Assembly (NCBI GenBank): GCA_049304275.1
Contig: JBAQNZ010000017.1
Location: 11,890-75,889, forward strand
Direction: 5' to 3'
Origin: Candidatus Microsaccharimonas sp.
GTDB lineage: Bacteria; Patescibacteriota; Saccharimonadia; Saccharimonadales; Saccharimonadaceae
Length of the DNA: 64,000 nt
The position numbers were made by a program, and so were the translations under genes. Below, one piece after another: positions 18,799 through 27,933 of this stretch; position 1 is the first letter of the stretch, and each line of letters opens with the position of its first letter. The notes below the pieces were generated by a model. It saw only the letters and a list, made by a program, of their open reading frames with translations, made no database searches and had not been told where the DNA came from.

Positions 18799-19254
18799 TT
18801 AATTGACTTGAGAAACTTTGTAGATCACGTCACCTTTTGATGTCGAGATAGTGGCACTGTCGCCAACTTTTTTTCCATAGAGTGCCATACCAATTGGTGA
18901 TTCGTTGCTAATTTTCCCTTCAAGAGGGTTTGCTTCGACAGGACCAACGATAATGTATGACACCGATTTGTTGCCAGTCTTTAGTTCGACCTTGCTTCCG
19001 AGGTCAATTGTTTTCTTGCGCGTGCTTTTGATAATGTCTGCGTTGTTAAGGATGTCTTCGATCTCGGCAATACGAGTTTCAAGTAGTCCCTGCTCTTCGC
19101 GAGCAGCATCATATTCAGCGTTTTCGCTGAGGTCGCCGAAATCGCGAGCCTCGGCAATTTTATCAGCAACTTCACCACGGCGCGCTTTAAGAGTCACGAG
19201 CTCTTTTTCAAGCTCTTTCTTTCCGTCGCTGGTGATTTGATAGTGTTTCTTCAT
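18799..19254 (-). CDS. greA: Transcription elongation factor GreA
   Basis: 151 aa. Coiled-coil N-domain with the DLSENAEYDAAREEQ acidic tip, then a C-terminal FKBP-like domain. Confidence 0.9.
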   Translation of the reverse strand: MKKHYQITSDGKKELEKELVTLKARRGEVADKIAEARDFGDLSENAEYDAAREEQGLLETRIAEIEDILNNADIIKSTRKKTIDLGSKVELKTGNKSVSYIIVGPVEANPLEGKISNESPIGMALYGKKVGDSATISTSKGDVIYKVSQVN

Positions 19255-19302
19255 AATACATTTCCTTATCGTGTGTTTTCAGCAAAACTTTGAGTTTTAA
19301 TG

Positions 19303-19332
19303 ACGTCCTACGCTATATATAGCGTAGGACGT
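19303..19332. repeat. Perfect 30-bp palindrome between proS and greA
   Basis: acgtcctacgctata|tatagcgtaggacgt. No flanking U-tract on either strand. Confidence 0.7.
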
Positions 19333-19345
19333 GCCAAAAACATCT

Positions 19346-20593
19346 CTATTTACCTGCTAGTTTAGCAAGCAGCTCTTCAGGTGTCAATAGGTCTGTATGA
19401 CCATCCTGGCGGCTGGTTAATTCAAATGCTCCGCCTTCTAATAACCGTTCACTGACGGTTACGCGATACGGGATCCCCAGTAGCTCTGCGTCGGCGAATT
19501 TTGTGCCTGGACGCTCATCGCGGTCATCATACAGCACTTCGATACCTGCGTCGATAAATTGCTGGTAAAGTTCGTTGGCTTTGGCGGTAGCGCCGTCACC
19601 AATGCTCACGAGGTAGACCTTCATTGGTGCAATTGCTTCTGGCCATACCAAGCCCTTGTCATCAGCAAAGTGCTCGGCAATCAGTCCCATGAGACGACTT
19701 GGACCGATGCCGTAACTCCCCATGAATACTGGTTGGCTGACACCTTCTTCGTTAGTAAAGTTTAGTTCAAGCGGTTCACTAAAACGGGTACCAAGAGTAA
19801 AGATATTCCCTACTTCAACCGCTGTCTTTTCAACCAGTTCATCTTTCGAAATACCAAGGTCTGCCAATACTTCATCGCTATACACCTCTTTATTGACGGC
19901 GATTCGCTTGCCTTCGTGAACATAAATAGTGTCCTCGCCAACAGGGCTAAGGGTCTGAAACTCGTGACTAAACTTGGCAAAGCTTCCCCCGCTTGCAAAC
20001 GTTTTGTAGGTTAATTCACCTAAACCAAGACGTTCAAAGACACGAGTATAGGCATCGCTGATTACTTCGTAGAAAGCATCATGCTCTTCTTGGTTGCGAG
20101 AAAAACTATATAAATCTTTCATCCAGAATTCGCGACCACGCATCAACCCACTCTTAGATCGTAGTTCGTTGCGAAATTTGATCTGAAATTGGTACGGATA
20201 GGCAGGTAGGTCTTTGTAACTCTGAATGTAGTTTTTCATCAGTCGCGTTAGTGGCTCTTCATGAGTTGGCGCCAGTCCGATTTCCCTGCCATCGGCTAGC
20301 TTGGTTTTAAACCAAACGTCGATCACCTCATCGCTCCAGCGACCACTTGCTTGCCATACGTCAGGAGACTGCAAAGCCGTCAGGCTAATTTCATTACCAC
20401 CAATACCGTTCATCTCTTCACGGATGATTTGGGTGATGTTTTCAAGAACTCTCTTCCCAAGTGGCAAATACGTATACACTCCGGCCATTTCTTTATGTAT
20501 GTAGCCAGAACGAATCAATAACTGCGCGTTCTTTGCTACCTCGTCGCTTGGTGCGTCTTTGGTCGTTTTAGTGAATAACTGGGATACTTTCAT
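19346..20593 (-). CDS. proS: Prolyl-tRNA synthetase, bacterial type with the INS editing domain deleted
   Basis: The N-terminus is collinear with E. coli ProRS (LPLGKRVLENI, GLAPTHEEPLT, FRNELRSKSGLMRGREFWMKD). It is only 415 aa, and about 25-45 aa connect motif 2 to motif 3 where the INS domain would sit. Confidence 0.9.
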   Translation of the reverse strand: MKVSQLFTKTTKDAPSDEVAKNAQLLIRSGYIHKEMAGVYTYLPLGKRVLENITQIIREEMNGIGGNEISLTALQSPDVWQASGRWSDEVIDVWFKTKLADGREIGLAPTHEEPLTRLMKNYIQSYKDLPAYPYQFQIKFRNELRSKSGLMRGREFWMKDLYSFSRNQEEHDAFYEVISDAYTRVFERLGLGELTYKTFASGGSFAKFSHEFQTLSPVGEDTIYVHEGKRIAVNKEVYSDEVLADLGISKDELVEKTAVEVGNIFTLGTRFSEPLELNFTNEEGVSQPVFMGSYGIGPSRLMGLIAEHFADDKGLVWPEAIAPMKVYLVSIGDGATAKANELYQQFIDAGIEVLYDDRDERPGTKFADAELLGIPYRVTVSERLLEGGAFELTSRQDGHTDLLTPEELLAKLAGK

Positions 20594-20596
20594 AAA

Positions 20597-21358
20597 TTAC
20601 CCTCCTAGTGTAGTCAAAAGTGTCGGATTAATAAAGAGAAGGTAGAACGCAATTGAGTTTTTCAGCATATGAAGTAATATCGATGGCCAGATTGTTCCTG
20701 AAACCAGTCGCAGTAGACAAAGAACAATGCTGAGCGCAAACACGTCGATGCCAATATTCACAGCGCCGTGAACAAAGGCAAACAGCAAACTGGTAATCAG
20801 AATTGCTGCCCAAATTGGCACGTACTTTCGTAACTTACCAAGCAGAAAACCCCGAAACAGGACTTCTTCGGCTACTGGTGCGATGACTACTAGCATCATA
20901 AATGCGACCAGATACTCGTAACCCTGCCCTAATTGACTAAAGCCCGTGTCTTGCACCTGATCGAGGTTGATGAATGACAGTTGTGAGGCAATTAGGATAA
21001 AAATAGCTGAAACGATCAAGTAAATAATAAACCCAACCGGTGCTAAAAGAATATCGAGCCAACTAGGTAGTCGAGAAAGGCCAATGTCTTCACGTGATGT
21101 TTTGTATTTTTTAATCAGCCATGGCAGTCCAATCACCATCGCAATCGTCAGCACGTAGACAATCGCACCAAATACCGCATTTAATACATTCTCATTCGCG
21201 CTCTGAAACGAGACTCCGACTGCATGAAGGCCTAGTGTTACCAAATACAATACGACTTGTACCAAAACAAAACTCGCCAGTACCCAAAGTGGCAAAACGA
21301 TTGCCATCCAGTATTTTTTCTCTATGAACTTACGAGAAAAGTTTTGCCACATCACCAA
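20597..21358 (-). CDS. CPBP family intramembrane glutamic endopeptidase (CAAX protease-like)
   Basis: Polytopic, with EEVLFRGFL and FAFVHG motifs. The start is uncertain; the ATG at 21307 avoids the 29-nt overlap with rseP. Confidence 0.75.
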   Translation of the reverse strand: MVMWQNFSRKFIEKKYWMAIVLPLWVLASFVLVQVVLYLVTLGLHAVGVSFQSANENVLNAVFGAIVYVLTIAMVIGLPWLIKKYKTSREDIGLSRLPSWLDILLAPVGFIIYLIVSAIFILIASQLSFINLDQVQDTGFSQLGQGYEYLVAFMMLVVIAPVAEEVLFRGFLLGKLRKYVPIWAAILITSLLFAFVHGAVNIGIDVFALSIVLCLLRLVSGTIWPSILLHMLKNSIAFYLLFINPTLLTTLGG

Positions 21359-22469
21359 ACGTTACCAATACGACTAATGCCATCAAGATGAGAAAGCCTG
21401 TACCTTTAATTTTTTCTTCCAGTTCTTTAGTGAGTGGCTTTTTGATCAAACGGAATATCGCCATCAGGTACCAACTACCCCCATCGAGTGCTGGAATCGG
21501 TAAGACATTCATCACGGCAAGTGTCAGTGAAATAATCGCCGTCAGGAACAGAACCGTTTCAAAGCCTGCCTGGCCGGCGGCTGGGAATATCGTCCCTAAG
21601 ATACCGATAGGACCAGCGACGCTATTTTTTGCATCATCCAGATTAACACTCCCCTGCTCTCGGACCGCTTGATCAGTACTGAGTTGCATAGCCAGTCCAC
21701 CAAAGAAGTTCGCAACCAAGTGACCCAACCCCTGCAAGGTAGCCCAAGTATACTGTGCAGTTGTTACCACGCCGACAATCGGTGCCGACCAGGTTGCCCG
21801 AATCTTTTCAGTTTGACCCAAGGTAGCACCGAACACGGCACTGTCTGCATCACGAAGCGTGACCGGTACCGTGGTCTGCTTGCCATCACGCTCATAAACA
21901 ACGCTGACGGTCTTGCCACGGTTCGCTTTCGTAACATTGATTAATTCCCCAGAGGATTCAATCGGCTCACCGGCAATACTCATGACTGCGTCGCCTGTTT
22001 TTAGACCAGCATTTGCGGCTGGATAATCTTTTACCACTGTCCCTACTTGGACCGCTTCACTAATAAGTACCGTATCACTCGGAATCGAAAATTGATTATC
22101 AATAATTTTTGGTAGGCCGACAAATGCCAGTCCCGTCAGAATCACGACGGCAATGAGCCAGTTAACCACTACTCCGGCTAACAAGATCTTGGTTTTTTGC
22201 CAGAATGTTGCCGCCCCATAATCACCTTTTTTCCTGGCTGAATCGTTTTCGCCTTGTAGCTTTACAAAACCGCCAATAGGTAGCGCGTTAAAGCTAAATA
22301 AGGTACCGTTCTTTAGCTTTTTACTCCAAAAACGTGGCGGAAAGCCAATACCAAACTCTTCTACTACCACTCCACTACGACGGGCTACGATGGCATGTCC
22401 TAGTTCATGCAGAACAACCAGAACGACAAGTACAATAATCCCAATAATGATCCCAAAAACTAACTGCAT
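21330..22469 (-). CDS. rseP: RIP metalloprotease RseP (M50 site-2 protease) with PDZ domain
   Basis: HELGHAIVAR HExxH in TM1, an internal PDZ (AANAGLKTGDAVMSIAG) and a C-terminal NVLPIPALDGG motif. Confidence 0.85.
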   Translation of the reverse strand: MQLVFGIIIGIIVLVVLVVLHELGHAIVARRSGVVVEEFGIGFPPRFWSKKLKNGTLFSFNALPIGGFVKLQGENDSARKKGDYGAATFWQKTKILLAGVVVNWLIAVVILTGLAFVGLPKIIDNQFSIPSDTVLISEAVQVGTVVKDYPAANAGLKTGDAVMSIAGEPIESSGELINVTKANRGKTVSVVYERDGKQTTVPVTLRDADSAVFGATLGQTEKIRATWSAPIVGVVTTAQYTWATLQGLGHLVANFFGGLAMQLSTDQAVREQGSVNLDDAKNSVAGPIGILGTIFPAAGQAGFETVLFLTAIISLTLAVMNVLPIPALDGGSWYLMAIFRLIKKPLTKELEEKIKGTGFLILMALVVLVTFGDVAKLFS

Positions 22470-23168
22470 TTACCCTCCAAAGCGTCGATGTCGACGTGAA
22501 TATTCCTTTATTATAGCGGTCACATCGTCTTTTGTCATATCGGGCCACATCTTGTCCATAAAGATCAGTTCGCTGTAGGCTGAACGCCACAACATAAAGT
22601 TACTCAGACGCTTTTCACCACTGGTACGGACAATCACATCAACCGGTGGTACTTCCGACCCATACAGGTTTTCGGCGATCAATGTTTCGTCGATCTTATC
22701 CGCATCAATACCCGATTGAACAATTTTTTTAACCGCATCAACGATTTCGCGTTGGCCACCATAATTCAAACAGACGGCAAGTGTTCCGGCAGTATTGTTT
22801 TTGGTACGTTCTTCCAGCTTGTCGATAGCCTTAACAATCTTCGTATCCAGCCCTTCGCGCATTCCTAATACCTTCAGCTTGATATTATTCTCGTCAAACA
22901 TCTTTGAATCAGTCGTGAACAAGCGTAGCACCAACGACATCAATGCTTTAACCTCTTCTTGGCTCCGCTTCCAGTTCTCACTCGAGAATACATAGACGCT
23001 CATAAACGAAACACCCTGTTCAAGGGTCGCAAACGCAACTTCTTTTACTGCGTTATAGCCCGCCAGGTGACCTTCATAGGTCGGCAAGCCATGTTTTTTA
23101 GCCCAACGACGGTTACCATCAATGATGTACCCAACGTGACGAGGAATCTCGGAAACAGATTCAGCCAT
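22470..23168 (-). CDS. uppS: Undecaprenyl diphosphate synthase (cis-prenyltransferase)
   Basis: HVGYIIDGNRRWAKKHGL and RTSGEKRLSNFMLWRSAYSEL motifs. Confidence 0.9.
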   Translation of the reverse strand: MAESVSEIPRHVGYIIDGNRRWAKKHGLPTYEGHLAGYNAVKEVAFATLEQGVSFMSVYVFSSENWKRSQEEVKALMSLVLRLFTTDSKMFDENNIKLKVLGMREGLDTKIVKAIDKLEERTKNNTAGTLAVCLNYGGQREIVDAVKKIVQSGIDADKIDETLIAENLYGSEVPPVDVIVRTSGEKRLSNFMLWRSAYSELIFMDKMWPDMTKDDVTAIIKEYSRRHRRFGG

Positions 23169-23722
23169 TAGAGTGTCAGAATGTCTTTCTCTTTGTTTTT
23201 GAACGTCGCTTCGATATCACTATTAAATCGGGCCATCAATTCATCAATAGTTTTTTCGGTTCGTTTTTCATCGTCTTCAGATAATTCTTTGGCTTCTTTC
23301 TTACGCTTCACTTCTTTCAATGCATCCTGTCGGATGTTTCGAAGGGCAATGCGCGCCTCCTCGACTTTTTCAGAGGTTTGTTTGACCAACTGTTTGCGTC
23401 GCTCTTCAGTCAGTGGTGGGATCGGGACACGGACCAAGCGTCCGTCGTCGCTAGGATTCAACCCCAGTGATTGGTCTTGACGAATCGCCGCCGAGATTGC
23501 CTGAATAGTACTAGGGTCAAACGGAGTGACCGTTAATAATTGCGGTTCTGGTGCAGTCACATTCGCCACTTGGTTTAGGGGCATCTTTTGGCCGTAAGCC
23601 TCGGTCATTATGCCGTCCAGCATGTTCGGATGCGCTCGGCCGGTCGTCACTTTTTTCAATTCATCTTCAAAGTAGCTGGTAGCAGCCGCAAAACGATCTT
23701 CGTATGGTTTAGTATCAAACAT
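23168..23722 (-). CDS. frr: Ribosome recycling factor
   Basis: 184 aa with the LDGIMTEAYGQKMPLNQVANVT...IPPLTEERRKQLVK pattern. Confidence 0.95.
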   Translation of the reverse strand: MFDTKPYEDRFAAATSYFEDELKKVTTGRAHPNMLDGIMTEAYGQKMPLNQVANVTAPEPQLLTVTPFDPSTIQAISAAIRQDQSLGLNPSDDGRLVRVPIPPLTEERRKQLVKQTSEKVEEARIALRNIRQDALKEVKRKKEAKELSEDDEKRTEKTIDELMARFNSDIEATFKNKEKDILTL

Positions 23723-23746
23723 ATTCCTCTTTCTAGTACGTGATTT

Positions 23747-23755
23747 ATTATACCA
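23747..23755 (-). promoter_or_regulatory. Extended -10 box TGGTATAAT upstream of frr
   Basis: The minus strand reads tggtataat-aaatcacgtactagaAAGAGGAat-ATG. This gene does have a Shine-Dalgarno sequence. Confidence 0.5.
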
Positions 23756-23784
23756 GAGAAATACCTTATACCAGGATGTGCTAA

Positions 23785-24381
23785 CTAGTCGTTAACACCC
23801 AGTTCGATTCGCTTGAATCGACGGATGATAATGTTCTCACCCATTTTACCGATGTTCTCTTTTAAGAATGTTTCAACAGTTTGTGAATCATCCATAATGT
23901 AGTCTTGGCTAAGCAGTACTTTTTCTGCAAAGTGCTTCTTTACCTGACCATCGATAATTTTGTCGGCCATGTCGGCTGGCTTGCCTTCGGCAACCAAACG
24001 TTCTTTTGCTTCGGCGCGGAAACGTTCGATTTCTTCAGCTGGGATATCGGCTTCTGAAACGTATTCAGGTGACATCGAGGCAACCTGCAACGCAATCGCG
24101 TGAGCAAATTCCTTAAATCCGTCGGTACGCGCAACAAAGTCAGTCTCGCAGTTTACTTCTACCAGAACGCCGATACGGCCTCCGTGAACATAACTTTCGA
24201 TGATGCCTTCGCGGGCTTCACGATCGGCCTTCTTTTCAGCCTTGGTCAAACCTTTTTTACGCATTGCTTCAAGTGCCTTGTCAAAGTCACCTTCTGCTTC
24301 AACCAAAGCTACCTTCGCGTCAGTCAAACCAACGCCGGTCAGTTCTTTGAGTTTACGAATGTCTTCAATTGATACTGCCAT
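23785..24381 (-). CDS. tsf: Elongation factor Ts (short form)
   Basis: UBA-like N-terminus IRKLKELTGVGLTDAKVALVEAEGDFDKALEAMRKKG. 198 aa. Confidence 0.9.
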   Translation of the reverse strand: MAVSIEDIRKLKELTGVGLTDAKVALVEAEGDFDKALEAMRKKGLTKAEKKADREAREGIIESYVHGGRIGVLVEVNCETDFVARTDGFKEFAHAIALQVASMSPEYVSEADIPAEEIERFRAEAKERLVAEGKPADMADKIIDGQVKKHFAEKVLLSQDYIMDDSQTVETFLKENIGKMGENIIIRRFKRIELGVND

Positions 24382-25116
24382 TTATTTGTCCTCACCTTTT
24401 TCTTCATTCTTTTCTACAACTGGTTTTGCTTTGCCCTGACCCTCTTCGATCGCTTGGCGAACGTAGTCAAGTAACAATGAAATACCTTTGATCGCATCGT
24501 CATTACCAGGAATAACATAGTCAACCAATGTTGGGTCAGCGTTAGTGTCAACGACGGCAACCACAGGAATGCCCAGGTTCTTTGCTTCGTTAATTGCGTT
24601 TGCGTCACCGATAACGTCAGTAAGGAACAGCGCGCCTGGTTTGCCGCTTAATTCTTTAATACCACTGTATTTCAAGTTCAGCGCATCGATGTCTTCTTGG
24701 AAACGTTGGACTTCTAGCTTGTTGTAACGCTTTTCAAGGTCACCAGCTGCCATTCGCTTTTCAAGGTCACGAAGCTTTTTGATTTGTTGCGTGACGGTCG
24801 CGACGTTTGTCAGGGTTCCACCCATCCAACGTTCGGTCATGTATGGCTGCTTTAGCTGTTCAGCCATTGCCTTCACCGCTGCTTTGGTTTGCTTTTTCGT
24901 CGCAACGAACAGAATCGGCTTGCCAGCAGCGACAACTGAGGTCAGGAAAGGCAATGCCTTTTCTAAACCTTCAACAGTTTTCGTTAGGTCAATAATATGA
25001 GCGTCTTGACGCTTTGAGTGGATGTATGGCGCCATTTTCGGGTGCCAACGGCTCGTTTTGTGTCCAAAGTGAACACCGGCTTCGAGCAACGCCTTAATAT
25101 CGACAGTAACTGCCAT
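24382..25116 (-). CDS. rpsB: 30S ribosomal protein S2
   Basis: LLEAGVHFGHKTSRWHPKM N-terminus. 244 aa with an acidic/Lys tail. Confidence 0.95.
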   Translation of the reverse strand: MAVTVDIKALLEAGVHFGHKTSRWHPKMAPYIHSKRQDAHIIDLTKTVEGLEKALPFLTSVVAAGKPILFVATKKQTKAAVKAMAEQLKQPYMTERWMGGTLTNVATVTQQIKKLRDLEKRMAAGDLEKRYNKLEVQRFQEDIDALNLKYSGIKELSGKPGALFLTDVIGDANAINEAKNLGIPVVAVVDTNADPTLVDYVIPGNDDAIKGISLLLDYVRQAIEEGQGKAKPVVEKNEEKGEDK

Positions 25117-25230
25117 GATTTTTACTCCTTGTTCCTCACCCGCTGCCCTGAATATCAGGAGTGTGCTGCGGGTTGTGTCGTTAAAATATTGTTACCCTGT
25201 TATTCTACCTCTTTTCGGAGCTATTTTCAA

Positions 25231-25329
25231 GGGGTAAGGTTAGCTTGTTTCCTTTCTATTATTTAGAGAAACTAAAAAGAGCCCGTTTCGATAAATAATA
25301 GAAAGGAAACGAGGCGATGATGTTACCCC
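25231..25329. repeat. Long hairpin / inverted repeat between the divergent rpsB and rpmE promoters
   Basis: A 19-bp perfect inverted repeat, gtttcctttctattattta (25247-25265) with taaataatagaaaggaaac (25292-25310), extended by ggggtaa (25231-25237) pairing with ttacccc (25323-25329). Confidence 0.6.
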
Positions 25330-25352
25330 TAGACAAAACCTCCAAAAACAGA

Positions 25353-25358
25353 TACAAT
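25353..25358 (+). promoter_or_regulatory. -10 box TACAAT, 10 nt upstream of the rpmE ATG at 25369 (leaderless-type)
   Basis: Sequence tacaat-gtatcagatt-ATG. Confidence 0.4.
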
Positions 25359-25368
25359 GTATCAGATT

Positions 25369-25695
25369 ATGAAGACAACCCTACATCCAACTGACTACCG
25401 CCCTGTCGTATTTATCGACGAGGTTGCTGGTTTTAGCTTTTTGACCCAGTCAACAGCGCAAACCAACGAAACTATCACCTGGGAAGATGGCAACGAGTAC
25501 CCCCTGGTAAAGGTACATATCTCAAGTGCCTCTCACCCCTTCTTTACCGGCGAAGAAAAGATCATCGACACCGAAGGTCGTGTCGACCGATTCAAGAACC
25601 GTGCAGCTGCCGCTGATGCACGTAAAATCGAACTTGCGAACAAAGCAAAAAAGACCGCTGCTAGCAAAGCCAAGAAAACACCTAGCGAAAACTAG
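25369..25695 (+). CDS. rpmE: 50S ribosomal protein L31, type B (no CxxC zinc motif), with a Lys/Ala-rich C-terminal extension
   Basis: [15 protein letters not shown]...[23 protein letters not shown]. The ATG at 25357 overlaps the -10 box, so 25369 is preferred. Confidence 0.85.
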   Translation: MKTTLHPTDYRPVVFIDEVAGFSFLTQSTAQTNETITWEDGNEYPLVKVHISSASHPFFTGEEKIIDTEGRVDRFKNRAAAADARKIELANKAKKTAASKAKKTPSEN

Positions 25696-25771
25696 CGCAC
25701 CACAAAAGAGTTTACTGATTGGTAAGCTCTTTTTTGTTACAATAAAATCATAACCAAAGGAGAACAAGCGT

Positions 25772-26041
25772 ATGGCAATGGCAAAACGAACCAAAGGTGC
25801 ATTATGGCTCCTGATCGCTCCGACCGCACTTATCGTCCTGACTTTCATCGTATTCGCGATCGCGAACTGGATATTCAGTGCTGTCGCCCCCTCTCCAGCT
25901 GAGGGCGAACTATTTGCCGAACCTTCAATCGGTACCGCCATCATTAACATCATCCTCTTCATTGTGGGTGCACTCGCATCTGCTGCGTGGCTCCCTGGAC
26001 TCATTGTGGGGATCGTCCTGCTCGCTTCACCAAAGAAATAA
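25772..26041 (+). CDS. Small membrane protein (89 aa, 2-3 TM), function unknown
   Basis: Strong Shine-Dalgarno site aaaggag 8 nt upstream. Hydrophobic segments are present. The stop abuts the prfA ATG (taatATG). Confidence 0.55.
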   Translation: MAMAKRTKGALWLLIAPTALIVLTFIVFAIANWIFSAVAPSPAEGELFAEPSIGTAIINIILFIVGALASAAWLPGLIVGIVLLASPKK

Positions 26042-26042
26042 T

Positions 26043-27110
26043 ATGCCAAAAATTAGTCTAAATATCACTGAACTGACTGCCGAACTTGCAAAGCTCGATG
26101 CTTTTCTTGCACGGCCCGATGCTTACAGTGATCCAGACTTTACTAGCAGCAACAAACGCTTCGTCGAGCTACAGACGATTCTCGAGAAAGCAAACCTCCA
26201 AGCATCACTCGAATCTCAACTGGAAGAAGCTAAAGAGTTGGCTAGTGGCACCGACGAATTAGCTGAACTGGCCAAAAGCGAAGTTGAAGAAACAACAAAA
26301 AAACTTGAAGACCTCGAAAATGAGCTATTTGCCATGCTAGCGCCAAAAGATCCAAACGACGCAAAGAACGTCATTATGGAAATCCGTGCTGGTGCGGGCG
26401 GTGACGAAGCCAGCCTGTTTGCGGCTGAGCTGTACCGCATGTACCTCCGTTACTGCGAATCTCATAACCTCAAAACCGAACTGCTTAGTGAAAATATGAA
26501 CGATACGGGCGGATACAAGGAAGTTATTTTCTCGGTTAAGGGCGACTCACCCTACTCTCAATTGAAATTTGAATCGGGTGTCCACCGAGTCCAGCGTGTG
26601 CCTGCAACTGAATCGCAAGGTCGTATTCACACCAGCACTGTGACCGTCGCAGTGCTGCCCGAAGCCGAAGAAACCGATATCGAAATTAACCCAAGTGACC
26701 TCCGTATCGACATCTACCGGGCGAGTGGTCATGGCGGCCAATCAGTTAACACCACCGACAGTGCCGTTCGTATCACTCACATTCCATCAGGTATGGTCGT
26801 CACAAACCAGGACGAAAAGTCTCAACTAAAGAACAAGGACAAGGCGATGAGTGTCCTGCGAAGTCGTTTATTGCAACAAAAGCTTGACACTGAAAACGCC
26901 CGTGCCACAGCCGAGCGTCGCAGCCTGATCGGCTCGGGTGATCGTTCTGAAAAAATCCGTACCTACAACTTCCCCCAAGACCGCATTACCGACCACCGCA
27001 TCAGTTACAGCCGAAGTAATATTCCCTCTGCGCTTAGTGGCCAAATCGAAGATGTAATCGAGAACTTGCAAGCATATGAACGAGAACTTGCCGCTAGCTC
27101 TGTCAATTAA
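26043..27110 (+). CDS. prfA: Peptide chain release factor 1
   Basis: PxT tripeptide ([14 protein letters not shown]) and GGQ ([23 protein letters not shown]). The true start is the ATG at 26043; the track's longer ORF overlaps the upstream gene. Confidence 0.95.
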   Translation: MPKISLNITELTAELAKLDAFLARPDAYSDPDFTSSNKRFVELQTILEKANLQASLESQLEEAKELASGTDELAELAKSEVEETTKKLEDLENELFAMLAPKDPNDAKNVIMEIRAGAGGDEASLFAAELYRMYLRYCESHNLKTELLSENMNDTGGYKEVIFSVKGDSPYSQLKFESGVHRVQRVPATESQGRIHTSTVTVAVLPEAEETDIEINPSDLRIDIYRASGHGGQSVNTTDSAVRITHIPSGMVVTNQDEKSQLKNKDKAMSVLRSRLLQQKLDTENARATAERRSLIGSGDRSEKIRTYNFPQDRITDHRISYSRSNIPSALSGQIEDVIENLQAYERELAASSVN

Positions 27111-27933
27111 AGATTGGCTGGATGACGCCACCCGTCAGCTTGTCTTTGCCAATATTTCAAGTGCTCGCCTAGATAGCGAACTGATTTTGGCACACACGTT
27201 ACGTCAACCACGCAGTTACCTGCATGCGCACAACGAGCACCTTCTGACCGATCGAGAACAAGAGATTGCCGGTGCACGCCTTGCCCTCCGCCTCGACCAT
27301 GTTCCGGTTGCCTATATCATCGGGCACAAAGAATTTTATGGCCGACGGTTTCGCGTTACAACAGCGACCCTTATTCCCCGCCCTGAATCTGAAATGCTGG
27401 TTGAGTTATTACACCTAGCCATCCCAAAGAATGCAACCCTTCTCGCAGAAAAACCATTGCGTCTGGTCGATGTCGGAACGGGTAGCGGCATTTTAGGTAT
27501 CACTGCCAAACTCGCTTTTCCGGAACTTCTCGTTACGCTCGTCGATATAAGCCGGCATAGCCTGGGTGTTGCCGAACAAAATGCCAAACAACACGACGCC
27601 GAAGTAGAGATTCTTCGTAGTGACCTGTTGACACAATATCCATATATCGCCGACATTGTCATCGCTAACCTTCCCTACGTCGACCCTGATTGGGAACGCT
27701 CGAAAGAGACTAACCACGAGCCAGCAGAGGCACTGTTTGCGAGTGATGGTGGCAAAGCCCTGATTAATCGACTTATTACTCAGACAAAAGACCGCCTGGC
27801 GAATAGTGGCTATCTCATTCTTGAAGCCGACCCAACCCAACATAAGGACATTATTAAGTTTGCCTCATCACATGGGTTGCTACTGGCTGAACAAAAAGAC
27901 TACGGGTTGTTGTTCCAAAAAGTGACTAAATAG
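27076..27933 (+). CDS. prmC: Release factor glutamine N5-methyltransferase PrmC/HemK
   Basis: SAM motif [11 protein letters not shown] and an NPPY-type motif, IANLPYV. Lies directly after prfA with a 35-nt overlap. Confidence 0.85.
   Translation: MNENLPLALSIKDWLDDATRQLVFANISSARLDSELILAHTLRQPRSYLHAHNEHLLTDREQEIAGARLALRLDHVPVAYIIGHKEFYGRRFRVTTATLIPRPESEMLVELLHLAIPKNATLLAEKPLRLVDVGTGSGILGITAKLAFPELLVTLVDISRHSLGVAEQNAKQHDAEVEILRSDLLTQYPYIADIVIANLPYVDPDWERSKETNHEPAEALFASDGGKALINRLITQTKDRLANSGYLILEADPTQHKDIIKFASSHGLLLAEQKDYGLLFQKVTK

Noticed and set aside
25522-26049. A 175-aa minus-strand ORF spanning the end of rpmE and the small membrane protein gene, and the 25878 N-terminal extension of prfA.
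   Set aside because: The 175-aa ORF is antisense to two well-supported plus-strand genes. The prfA extension overlaps the upstream membrane protein gene in another frame and lacks similarity to RF1 N-termini. The ATG at 26043 immediately follows the upstream stop.
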